Shown piece by piece: positions 54,614 through 63,102 of a stretch of 64,000 nucleotides of DNA (its first letter is position 1; each line of letters begins with the position of its first letter). Where the stretch lies: IMG/VR virus record IMGVR_UViG_3300033182_000674, positions 1 through 64,000 of that record; one strand, given 5' to 3'. Position numbers and translations under genes: made by a program. Below the pieces are notes generated by a model. That model made no database searches and was not told the DNA's origin. It saw only the letters and a program-made list of their open reading frames with translations.

Positions 54614-55060
54614 TTATTGTGCAGGTGCGTAGTAATATGGAGTTGAAACAGATGAGAATCCGTTGTTGTTATCCATGTTACCATTGCCTTTGAAGTCACC
54701 TGCAGCTTTACCGCGACCAGAGAAGTTGAAAGAGAACTTAGCAGAACCTGCTGCATCACCTTCACCACGTCCGTTAGCTGCTGCATCAGCAAGACCATTT
54801 ACACGACCATCGGTTGCATCATTGTCTGAAGCCAAACCATTTGCTGCGCCATTAGTAGTACCGTTACCAGTCAATTGACCAGCAGTTTTACCAGTACCTT
54901 CGAAAACCATACCAAAAGTTGCTTCACCTTCACCAGTTGCATTGCCAACTACGTCAGCGTTGCCGTTGTTAACGAAAGAACCTGAAGAGTTGCTGTCGTC
55001 AAAGAAAGCGAAAGTTTGAGTTGAAGCCAAGATTGCTGCGATTGCGATAATTTTTTTCAT
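54614..55060 (-). CDS. Secreted Gly/Asn-rich protein resembling sulfur globule envelope proteins
   Basis: Signal TFA-FFDD; duplicated GEG..F.(M/F).F.G.GK motif; PYYYAP end; SGP resemblance from memory, not from a search. Confidence 0.5.
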   Translation of the reverse strand: MKKIIAIAAILASTQTFAFFDDSNSSGSFVNNGNADVVGNATGEGEATFGMVFEGTGKTAGQLTGNGTTNGAANGLASDNDATDGRVNGLADAAANGRGEGDAAGSAKFSFNFSGRGKAAGDFKGNGNMDNNNGFSSVSTPYYYAPAQ

Positions 55061-55224
55061 GAGAATATCTCCTAATTTTAAATAAAAAGTTGTGGATGTA
55101 CTTATAACATTTTATTATATTATTAAATGTTAATATACTGTTTAATTTTATATATACGATTTTTACTGTAAAACCGTATATTTTGTATTAAAAGTTTTTT
55201 ATACCATATAAAGAAATTTTATGG

Positions 55225-55464
55225 CTAACATCCAGGTTCAAACGGATCAGGTTCGAATTCACGCATAACGATATGTTCTGCTGCTCGTTTAGCGTCTACT
55301 AGGTTTACATATTTTATGGCAGACTCGTCGCCATTAATCAAAACTCGCCATAACTCAACGTCAGTTTCATCTTCAGGATAATCTGGTTTATAAATTTCAC
55401 CAATATGATTATTACCATTATAGACTAAAAAACTCTGATTATGGAGTTTAGAAAATGTCAACAT
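55225..55464 (-). CDS. Hypothetical protein (79 aa)
   Basis: ORF coupled to the upstream gene. Confidence 0.55.
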   Translation of the reverse strand: MLTFSKLHNQSFLVYNGNNHIGEIYKPDYPEDETDVELWRVLINGDESAIKYVNLVDAKRAAEHIVMREFEPDPFEPGC

Positions 55465-55763
55465 TAAGCTACCTCCACATGAGAACCATCTTCATTGTAA
55501 ACTGGACGACCAATACGCTTGATATAATACTTATTCATTGTATCAATGTACCATTTCTTATTATCTTCTTTTAAGATACCAAGAGGTGATTCACCATTAG
55601 ATAAACGTTCAAAATAAGTATCAACATCATGATTCTTAATCAATTCACGCTTAAATTCAGCTTTAGTGATAGGACGACCAGATTTGAAACGACCTACAAA
55701 ACGATTGCCATACTTTAAATATTCGCCGTCGTTACGGAAGTTGTCTCTAATGAAGTTTTTCAT
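55464..55763 (-). CDS. Conserved phage hypothetical protein
   Basis: FVGRFKSGRPITKAEFKRELIKNH.V..YF; first gene after cassette 5. Confidence 0.65.
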   Translation of the reverse strand: MKNFIRDNFRNDGEYLKYGNRFVGRFKSGRPITKAEFKRELIKNHDVDTYFERLSNGESPLGILKEDNKKWYIDTMNKYYIKRIGRPVYNEDGSHVEVA

Positions 55764-55766
55764 TTT

Positions 55767-55926
55767 TTCTATCCTTTTTCCAATTTATGGATATATTATA
55801 AGCTAAGCTCACGAGAAAGTACAATTTAATTTTTTAATCATAAATGAAAAATGATTAATTTCTTTAATAATTCGAAAAAACCTTTATAAATCAATAACTT
55901 AGAGAGGACGGCCTAAGCCATTGATT
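55767..55926 (-). repeat. Promoter/stem-loop cassette copy 5 (PeSL-like)
   Basis: Same 25-nt leader; TGTACT-17-TATAAT; imperfect IR AATCAATAACTTAG/CTAAGCCATTGATT; extra spacer between hairpin and promoter. Confidence 0.82.
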
Positions 55927-55959
55927 TTAAAGGGAAAAACTGACCACCATCACTTTTTA

Positions 55960-56493
55960 TTACATATATAAACTTACCGGCATAGTCAATCTCATATTGC
56001 CATGAAATTCATCTACAGAATGGTACAGAAAGCTCGGAAAGATTAGAAAATCTCCTGTCTTTGGTTTAATAACCATTGGTTCAAACCATTCTCTGAAAGC
56101 ACTAGAGAGGCCTCTATTTGCGTTTACTCTAGGATCATATAGAGTAATTTCACCACCTTTATCTCTTTCTTCACAGAAGAGATAAAACACTCCAACTACG
56201 GATGATCCTAAATGATTGTGTGTTCTAATCTTGTGGTTCTTTTTAACACCAATCCTTAGATTCATATGAGCTGGTGTCTTTACACCACTTAATTCAAGGA
56301 AATCTGTAAATGCTGGAATAATTACATTACGCTTAAATTTTTGAATCTCTGAAATATCACTCATATCGTCATGAATTTCTTTATCGATTTTTTGTGTTAA
56401 AACAAAGTTAGTCACTTCATCTAAAAGCGCTCTTTTTTCACCGTACAATGTATCATATAAAATAGGTGTATTCCACCCTTGAATCAATTTCAT
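55960..56493 (-). CDS. 2OG-Fe(II) oxygenase (TIGR02466-like)
   Basis: HNHLGSSVVGVFYL..GGEITLYDPR..PKTGDFLIFPSFLYHSV..R. Confidence 0.82.
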   Translation of the reverse strand: MKLIQGWNTPILYDTLYGEKRALLDEVTNFVLTQKIDKEIHDDMSDISEIQKFKRNVIIPAFTDFLELSGVKTPAHMNLRIGVKKNHKIRTHNHLGSSVVGVFYLFCEERDKGGEITLYDPRVNANRGLSSAFREWFEPMVIKPKTGDFLIFPSFLYHSVDEFHGNMRLTMPVSLYM

Positions 56494-56495
56494 AA

Positions 56496-57827
56496 TTAAT
56501 ATAATTTACCAAATGGACCAAATTTAGGTCCTTTCTTTTGTGCCATAAAGAATAAATCTCTAATAAATTCTTTTCTTCTTTTTGCAGTCATTTTTGCTAT
56601 GATATATGCGAATGTAAAGATTTGTGATATAACCACATTATCTTTTGCTCTACCATTTGTATCCCAAGACTTTTCAAGATTACTCACAAACTTATTTAAA
56701 TCGCCATTAATATTAAAAATAGTTTTATTTGATTTAATTACTTTTAACTTACTTTCAAAATCTTTTTTATCAAATTTCATAAAGTGTGAATGTTCTGGCA
56801 TTTTTTGATTATCAGTAGATAATTCTAATTTGAGCATATCTTTTGGTACTTTACCAAGGAAAGCTGCTGCACCAGATCCAACAAACTCGTATGTGATATT
56901 ACCAATACTAGCTTGATTACTTTTAATACCCATTGAATATGTTCCACCATGATATTTAACAGATAATTTACTTGTAACCGAAGTAAACTTATTTGTATTG
57001 GTGTCAAATGGGATATTCAAATCAAATCCTAGAAATTCAACCTCTTCTTCTTTTGCGTTAGATTTAAGATTAACCAAATCATAATTAAGATTTTTACCAT
57101 TATTCTTTTTAAGAGATACACCAACAATATCATATTTGTTATATGCTGTTACTAATATAGCATTCACTTCTTGTATTGTTTGTGCATCATTTAATTTTTT
57201 CTGATACTTATCATACGTACTAGATTTAAGTAACCAAATATCTGCTGGATTCCAAGAGTCTTTCTTTGCTATTTCAAATTTAGAATTAACAAGTTTAGTT
57301 ATCCAATCCATAAAACCACCATCACGATTGAATACATCAAAGTTATTATTTGGTAGTTTAGTTATAGCAGATATCTTTTTAAATTGTAATGCAAATGAAT
57401 TATACCATGACTTTTCTTCTGTAATTCCAGGATATATCTTCATTAATGTTGGTAACATTTGTTCAAAGTTAGTATAATTCTGAGTAGAACTAGACAATAA
57501 CTCTTCAAATATTGCAAGTGTACAAAGCTCTTGTTGCTGAGTTGTAGGAGCATTACTTGTTGGTCTTGAACCATTACCAAACTTTAAAGCAATTCCAGGA
57601 TATTTCTTTTTATAAACTTCTATATCAAGTAATTGTTTAAAGTCATCTAATATTTTAACATTACCAAATCCGCTTGATCCAGTTTCAATCGTAATAAATT
57701 CTTCATATGAAGCACCATAATTTGCTTTCATATCTTTAAATAGTTGCAAAACCACCTTAGCTTTAGTGCTAGGTAGTTTCATTTTTGTAATGTCGGCTTG
57801 TTTTCTAGGACGATAGTTATATGCCAT
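56496..57827 (-). CDS. Large hypothetical protein, possible PD-(D/E)xK-like nuclease
   Basis: TQQQEL, KDSWNPADIWL, IVGVSLKK motifs; late promoter at 57855-57862. Confidence 0.45.
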   Translation of the reverse strand: MAYNYRPRKQADITKMKLPSTKAKVVLQLFKDMKANYGASYEEFITIETGSSGFGNVKILDDFKQLLDIEVYKKKYPGIALKFGNGSRPTSNAPTTQQQELCTLAIFEELLSSSTQNYTNFEQMLPTLMKIYPGITEEKSWYNSFALQFKKISAITKLPNNNFDVFNRDGGFMDWITKLVNSKFEIAKKDSWNPADIWLLKSSTYDKYQKKLNDAQTIQEVNAILVTAYNKYDIVGVSLKKNNGKNLNYDLVNLKSNAKEEEVEFLGFDLNIPFDTNTNKFTSVTSKLSVKYHGGTYSMGIKSNQASIGNITYEFVGSGAAAFLGKVPKDMLKLELSTDNQKMPEHSHFMKFDKKDFESKLKVIKSNKTIFNINGDLNKFVSNLEKSWDTNGRAKDNVVISQIFTFAYIIAKMTAKRRKEFIRDLFFMAQKKGPKFGPFGKLY

Positions 57828-57857
57828 TGTTATCCCTACAAATAGTGTTTTTACTAT

Positions 57858-58046
57858 TTATAGAGATTTTAGTTCTTTAAATTTACGGTTGCGACGATCA
57901 AAGAAGATTGGTTTAGAAAACATAATCTTTTCGGTTGTTCCTTCTTTTATATAACCAATGGCTTTAATTCCATTAATCATATAAATGTGATTAGGAACAC
58001 GATATTCACACTTCCAATTATCAGTAACTTCTTGTAGATATTTCAT
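57858..58046 (-). CDS. Conserved phage hypothetical protein
   Basis: LQEVT..W....PNHIY......GY....FDRRNRKF. Confidence 0.6.
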   Translation of the reverse strand: MKYLQEVTDNWKCEYRVPNHIYMINGIKAIGYIKEGTTEKIMFSKPIFFDRRNRKFKELKSL

Positions 58047-58395
58047 TATTAAGGCCTATAAGGTAACTTTCGTATCGCTTCAAGACACGCTAACTTAATT
58101 ATTTCTGCTTCTAAATCTCTAAGTGGAACACTAGGAACACTCATAATAATTCTCCTCTAATAGACAGAAACTGCCTGTCCATTCTCTATAAATTTCTTTG
58201 TAGCTACCTTCAATACGTAACCACTCTAGGCGACCAGCAACCATTCGCTCAACACAATACACAAAAGGTTTCATACAGTGCGAACCTCTTTTGCAAGTTC
58301 ATCAGCAGTCATCCCAAAGTGTTGAGCGACAGTGATTATATCATATGGGGTATTTGCTAACCAGTAAATTGCCAATTTCTTATCTTCAACACTCA

Positions 58396-58791
58396 TTACG
58401 CTACCTCCTCACGTTCATTACGAATAAATGGTAAGAATTCTTTTTCATATCCTTTATTATATGGTAGACCTAAACAATAACAAACGTAACCAGGATCCCA
58501 TTCAAATTCGAATTCATTAGCTTCGATTTGATAACGAATAGCTGTTGCACGATCACAACCCGCAGCTTTCATGGTTATAGCAAGACCATCTTCAAACTCT
58601 TTAACTGCTTGTGCTTCGCGACGCTCATTCTCTTTAATAGCATCCTCGAGGTCTTGGATAGCTACGTCCCACAACCACTGACGATGTTCGTCGGTCGTAT
58701 CCTCATCATAGAATGAACTATTGTGAGGACGGAAGCCATAAGCATCCTTATGAAGGTCAGAATAAAGATCATAATCAAAAGTGAATTCCAT
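58396..58791 (-). CDS. Conserved phage hypothetical protein
   Basis: LYSDLHKDAYGFRP...GCDRATAIR....Y.CY.LGLPY; AAGGAG RBS. Confidence 0.7.
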   Translation of the reverse strand: MEFTFDYDLYSDLHKDAYGFRPHNSSFYDEDTTDEHRQWLWDVAIQDLEDAIKENERREAQAVKEFEDGLAITMKAAGCDRATAIRYQIEANEFEFEWDPGYVCYCLGLPYNKGYEKEFLPFIRNEREEVA

Positions 58792-58971
58792 AATATTCTC
58801 CTTAAGGCTTTCTACCAGTTGTGATTTGTTTACGGCCTACATTCCATATTGAACCATATTCCATCTTAGGTTTTTTATTTCTTGCAGGTTTAAGAGTTTC
58901 AATTTTGCCGCCATTAGATAAGAAGGCTTTAATATCCGCATCGATATTTCTGCGTTCAATACTTCTATTCA

Positions 58972-59151
58972 TTATGCGTCTCCTTTTTTATTATCACAAT
59001 ATTGAGCAAATGCTTCGAACAACTCACTACGTTGATTACGATTGAAACCCCAAGCTTCACCAAAAGCACGAACTGCTTCCATTGGATGCCAACCATCAAC
59101 TTTGACTTTGTTGTAAATATCTTCTAAAAGTACTTTACTAAATTCCATAAT
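58972..59151 (-). CDS. Hypothetical protein
   Basis: GGAG RBS before MEFSKV. Confidence 0.5.
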   Translation of the reverse strand: MMEFSKVLLEDIYNKVKVDGWHPMEAVRAFGEAWGFNRNQRSELFEAFAQYCDNKKGDA

Positions 59152-59252
59152 AATCTCCAATTAAAATGACATGACAAATAACATGCCAAGACCTAAACCA
59201 ATACAAGTAAATGTGAATGTAGAAATAAATACTTTTACGTTATTGCTCATTT

Positions 59253-59376
59253 TTCTATCCTTTTTCCAATTTATGGATATATTATAAGCTAATTCTTCTC
59301 AAATGTACACAGTTTTTTTCATAAAAAAACCCTTTAGAATCAACCACTTAGTGAGGACAAATCTAAGCCATTGATT
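59253..59376 (-). repeat. Promoter/stem-loop cassette copy 6 (PeSL-like)
   Basis: Same leader; TGTACA-17-TATAAT; IR AATCAACCACTTAG/CTAAGCCATTGATT. Confidence 0.85.
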
Positions 59377-59572
59377 TTAAAGGGAAAAAACTATATAAAA
59401 GTTTTTAATTAAGGTGTAAATCTTAATTAATTTTGGTAATAATTAACGACCTTGACCCCGATATTTCTTAAAACTAGCCTTTTTTCCTTTATTCATAGAA
59501 GAAAATTTGACGTTTTTATGACCAATTGAAGTCTTCTTATTCACTGGATCTGGATGCCAAGATGTACCTGAT

Positions 59573-59755
59573 TTAATTGCCATTATTAAGCTCCTTTTGC
59601 ATTGCTTCTATTTTATCTTCAAGTGCTGTAATATAATCCATTATTATATCTCTATTACAACATTCACCACAGCATTTTTCTAGTTCGTCATGCGCAACTA
59701 AAACTATGCCACAAATACTTTTATCTTCCGAACAACTTCCTTTGTTTGTACTCAT
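59573..59755 (-). CDS. Small Cys-rich hypothetical protein
   Basis: MSTNKGSC...IC...CCGECC; GGAG RBS. Confidence 0.5.
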   Translation of the reverse strand: MSTNKGSCSEDKSICGIVLVAHDELEKCCGECCNRDIIMDYITALEDKIEAMQKELNNGN

Positions 59756-60395
59756 TAATAGTCTCCAGTAATTTACTAGTCCAATTGTCACGATGCTCAA
59801 TGAATACTTGAGGCTCTTCGTTATCTACTGCTATAATTGTAACCAATTGTGTTATAGGCATACCAGTGCGTTCTTCCCACATAATAGCATATGCCGATTC
59901 TTGTACAAAGTATCCTTCAATCCATTCTTTCTTTTTAAGTTTACGAGAAGTTTTAAAGTCTATAATACTAGGCTTACCATCGAAGACACCAACACAGTCA
60001 ACGCGGCCAGCCAAACCAAGATGATGAGAATACAAAGGTGCTTCTTGAGCGTACACATCACCAATCCTGTCGTCGAGGATCGGTCGCACGTTTTCAAAGC
60101 TTTCGATGATATGGGGCATAAAGCTTTCTTTAAAATTCTCTTCATTATCGATATACTTCTCTATGATTAAATGAACTGCGGTACCACGAGTAGATGCTTT
60201 ACGAGAAATCTTATTTGCTTCCTCTTCACCGACTCTTGCTCTCCAAGCTTGAATTGCTTCTTCGCTTAGAATAGATAATACTGTTGTAACTGAAGGATAT
60301 TTATCTCCTTCTGGAGTTACATATTTTCGGCCAGATTCATTTTGTTCTGTTGTTAGATCATCATAACCTAGATCAATATTCACATGATTAAACAT
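59721..60395 (-). CDS. Cas4-like/PD-(D/E)xK exonuclease of T4-like phages
   Basis: YPSVTTVL..W..RVGEEEA..RGT..H..AGRVDC..IIDFKTS..YF.Q..AYA.MWEE. Confidence 0.88.
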   Translation of the reverse strand: MFNHVNIDLGYDDLTTEQNESGRKYVTPEGDKYPSVTTVLSILSEEAIQAWRARVGEEEANKISRKASTRGTAVHLIIEKYIDNEENFKESFMPHIIESFENVRPILDDRIGDVYAQEAPLYSHHLGLAGRVDCVGVFDGKPSIIDFKTSRKLKKKEWIEGYFVQESAYAIMWEERTGMPITQLVTIIAVDNEEPQVFIEHRDNWTSKLLETINEYKQRKLFGR

Positions 60396-60396
60396 A

Positions 60397-60687
60397 TCAT
60401 AATACTCTTTCAGATTCCCATCGTATTTTCTTACCATACTCTGCTTCAAATAACATTATTAGAGAGTCATAGGGCATTACAGTTTCGCCCTTTAGTCTGT
60501 CGAGGAAGTTGCTTAGTGCATTCCAGTCTTCAGTATGCATTGGAGCGAGAGCGTATTCATCCCATCCATCGTATCCATCCTTACTTGAGTCACGAATGTC
60601 GATACGACCTGTAGACCAACAATCACCGTGTTCTTCAACCCACTTCTTATTGATTGGACCCATCCAGTTGATTGAGTAAGAGATCAT
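60397..60687 (-). CDS. Hypothetical protein (96 aa), full-length copy
   Basis: MISYSINWMGPINKKW..HGDCWS.GRIDIRD. Confidence 0.65.
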   Translation of the reverse strand: MISYSINWMGPINKKWVEEHGDCWSTGRIDIRDSSKDGYDGWDEYALAPMHTEDWNALSNFLDRLKGETVMPYDSLIMLFEAEYGKKIRWESERVL

Positions 60688-60845
60688 TTTTTTGTTAAAT
60701 CTTCCAAGTTTTTGTTAATATCAGATGGTTCTGCAGATTTTTTATTAACTGGTTACATATATGTGACCAGTAGTCGTCTCAAAGAACTTGCTTTGATATT
60801 TGATTGCTTCCAGATCCTGTTTGGTTTCTTTCACTTCATCTTTAT

Positions 60846-61127
60846 TCATTTTCGCTCTACCAGTTTAGGACCAGTGCAGTGATCATGCAAACATCCTGGG
60901 GTCATTGGACCGCCACCATCACAACAGATTTGTTCAACTCCCTTACCATGTGTTTTAATCCATTCTCGATACTCTTTTCCTGTTGTGTGGTATTTGATTA
61001 CTGTTAGTAAAGCATTTGCTAACTCTAGATCTCCTTCGAGACTATTATTCAATTCATAATCCAACTTCAGTTCACGCAGAACAATCTCATCAACTGCTTC
61101 ATCTGGAATATCAATTTCAACTTTCAT
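60846..61127 (-). CDS. Hypothetical protein
   Basis: Start refined to MKVEIDIP; Cys-rich tail. Confidence 0.5.
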   Translation of the reverse strand: MKVEIDIPDEAVDEIVLRELKLDYELNNSLEGDLELANALLTVIKYHTTGKEYREWIKTHGKGVEQICCDGGGPMTPGCLHDHCTGPKLVERK

Positions 61128-61302
61128 CTTCCACTTCCTCTTCCCACACTCTCCAACAAAAATACTTACCGTGTGCATCAATTACTTCTTGAGGATATCC
61201 TTGCTCTACAAACCAAGCATGGGAAATTTCTACACCTTCAGGCAAGACTCTAGGGAATCCAAACTTCCATCCCATTGGTGGATCAATCATTGTGACTTTC
61301 AT
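61117..61302 (-). CDS. Conserved phage hypothetical protein
   Basis: MIDPPMGWKFGFPR...W..EQGYP motif. Confidence 0.6.
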   Translation of the reverse strand: MKVTMIDPPMGWKFGFPRVLPEGVEISHAWFVEQGYPQEVIDAHGKYFCWRVWEEEVEDES

Positions 61303-61471
61303 TTCTCTCCTCACTACAATCTTTGCAATCGCATTCCAGTGCCTTTACATACTGTAAGCATTTTTTACAGACAAAGTCTGGTTCTAGCAACCGTTTTTTT
61401 AGATCGTCTGCACCTTCGTAATCACGGTCGCTTATTCGTCTACAACTACAAACAATCATTGTTACTTTCAT
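61283..61471 (-). CDS. Small Cys-rich protein ((2Fe-2S)-binding BFD-like N-terminus)
   Basis: MIVCSCRRISD..I/Y...C.KC pattern. Confidence 0.45.
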   Translation of the reverse strand: MKVTMIVCSCRRISDRDYEGADDLKKRLLEPDFVCKKCLQYVKALECDCKDCSEERNESHND

Positions 61472-61493
61472 TCATCTTCACTTACCGTATTTG

Positions 61494-61673
61494 TCATCCA
61501 TGCGTAGAATTTCTTTCAGTGTGCATTGGAGCAAGAGAATATTCATCCCACCCATCATATCCTTCTTTGCTTGAGTCACGAATGTCAATACGGCCTGCTG
61601 ACCAACATTCACCGTGTTCTTCGATCCACTTTTTGTTGATTGGTCCCATCCAGTTGGTGCTGTAGGTGATCAT
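61494..61673 (-). pseudogene. Truncated duplicate of the 60397-60687 gene
   Basis: MITYSTNWMGPINKKWIEEHGECWSAGRIDIRDSSKEGYDGWDEYSLAPMHTE, then divergence and stop after 59 aa. Confidence 0.8.
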
Positions 61674-61885
61674 TTATAATACTCCGCATTCCATTCTCCA
61701 AACACTGTTGGTGCTTGTTCACTTGCTAGTTCCATATCGTATGTGTGTGGATAGTGCTTCAAACATTGGTATGCTCGTTTTCTAATTTCTTTAGGTACAC
61801 GAGGTGTTGCTTTAGGATCCATTAAGTCTTTTAGAAACTGTTCTGTTCGCAGTACTGCTTGTTTTCTTTCAACTGGTAATGTCAT
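61670..61885 (-). CDS. Conserved phage hypothetical protein
   Basis: MTLP.ER..AV..T.QFL.DL.DP..TPRVP..IR.RA..CLKHYP. Confidence 0.75.
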   Translation of the reverse strand: MTLPVERKQAVLRTEQFLKDLMDPKATPRVPKEIRKRAYQCLKHYPHTYDMELASEQAPTVFGEWNAEYYK

Positions 61886-61887
61886 AA

Positions 61888-62124
61888 TTATTTTACTTTA
61901 ATAGTATTGCCTCGGCCTGAGCCAGATTTCATATTTCTAAGTACATCTCTAAAACCATCTGGTGTTCTAGATAATGTATCTTTTGTGCCTGATAGCAAAC
62001 CAGGCGCGCCATAGATTCGTTCATAGTTACTATTTTCATCTAATAGTTTCTTATAATCATCATACGAACAAAATACTTCAAATTCTTCTTCAGTATCTTT
62101 ATTTCTAATTCTATAAGTTGGCAT
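61888..62124 (-). CDS. FmdB-like small T4-type protein
   Basis: MPTY...N..T.EEFEV...DGFRDVL..MK..S.RGNTI; AGGAG RBS. Confidence 0.6.
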   Translation of the reverse strand: MPTYRIRNKDTEEEFEVFCSYDDYKKLLDENSNYERIYGAPGLLSGTKDTLSRTPDGFRDVLRNMKSGSGRGNTIKVK

Positions 62125-62662
62125 TATTGCTCCTAAACCATTCTGGCATTTCTGTGTAATTCCATTTAGCGAATAATTTCTTTTCGTTAATATAATAGTT
62201 ACGGTATGCTTTAATAGTATCATCACCCTTACAGTCATCTGGCATACACTGAGGTGGTTCTACAAATTTACCACAATCAATATTTTCTGGCTCTAATGCA
62301 AGAATATTACGTAACTTCTTATCTGTTTCATGTTTCTTACCATATCGTTTAGTGTATTCATCACAGGTAGCAACAAATAGTTTATATAAGTAATTATAGT
62401 TACCACATGATTTACGTGTCCAGACTGTATCTGGATGATTCACGTGTGCTGCTTTATATAGCTTTTCGTTACGAGCATCATCAATTTTCCACCGTTTAAT
62501 TCTACGATTATTGGCAGTTAATTCAATATATTCTTCACCATCAAGAATGCGATGTGCTGTAGAAAGCATTTGCGCATACTCGATAACCATTTTAACTACG
62601 TGCTTATCGCAATGTTGTGATGCACATACTACTGGATCTTTGTCTAGATAAAAAATATTCAT
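62111..62662 (-). CDS. denV: Pyrimidine-dimer DNA glycosylase/endonuclease V-like protein
   Basis: MNIFYLD.DP..CA..HCDKHVVKM..EYAQMLSTAHR; H.NHP..VW..NY; AYRNYY. Confidence 0.78.
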   Translation of the reverse strand: MNIFYLDKDPVVCASQHCDKHVVKMVIEYAQMLSTAHRILDGEEYIELTANNRRIKRWKIDDARNEKLYKAAHVNHPDTVWTRKSCGNYNYLYKLFVATCDEYTKRYGKKHETDKKLRNILALEPENIDCGKFVEPPQCMPDDCKGDDTIKAYRNYYINEKKLFAKWNYTEMPEWFRSNNANL

Positions 62663-62682
62663 AATGTATATTATACCACAGT

Positions 62683-63102
62683 TTACTCTTTAATTAAACC
62701 AGGAAATGCTTCTGATACCATATTTTTTGTTACATATGGAATCTTTTGTTTACTAATCATTGAAATAACTAAATCAGCATCTTTAGGGTGAATTGATTCC
62801 AATAAAGCAATATAGATCTTTTCTCTTTTTGCTTTCATCATCTTTTCACCTTGTCCACCTTTTACAAAATAAGTAAATTGTTTATTTTGTCGTAGCAATG
62901 AACTAGGACTATTGTGTCCTTCTGCTGGAGTGAATGGTGGTTTACCATTTGGAATCAACCATTGGATAGTATCATCATATGTTCCACGGAGAATATCTTT
63001 TAGAGCCCAGCTTTCATTCTCTCTTAGAATCTTAATTTTATCTTCTTTTAATCGTGCTTTACGTGCAGCATCAATAACTTCGAATACTTGTTTAGTAGAC
63101 AT
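62683..63102 (-). CDS. Conserved T4-like hypothetical protein
   Basis: K.KILRE...LK.IL...YD....W.IP.G.PP...RE.IYI.LLESIHPKDA.L. Confidence 0.75.
   Translation of the reverse strand: MSTKQVFEVIDAARKARLKEDKIKILRENESWALKDILRGTYDDTIQWLIPNGKPPFTPAEGHNSPSSLLRQNKQFTYFVKGGQGEKMMKAKREKIYIALLESIHPKDADLVISMISKQKIPYVTKNMVSEAFPGLIKE

Noticed and set aside
55105-55132. 8-bp inverted repeat TAACATTT/AAATGTTA upstream of the SGP-like gene
   Set aside because: Very AT-rich context and single occurrence, so it could be chance; not supportable as an operator without comparative data.
59721-60395. CRISPR-associated Cas4
   Set aside because: No cas genes or array nearby; this stand-alone nuclease family is common in T4-like phages.
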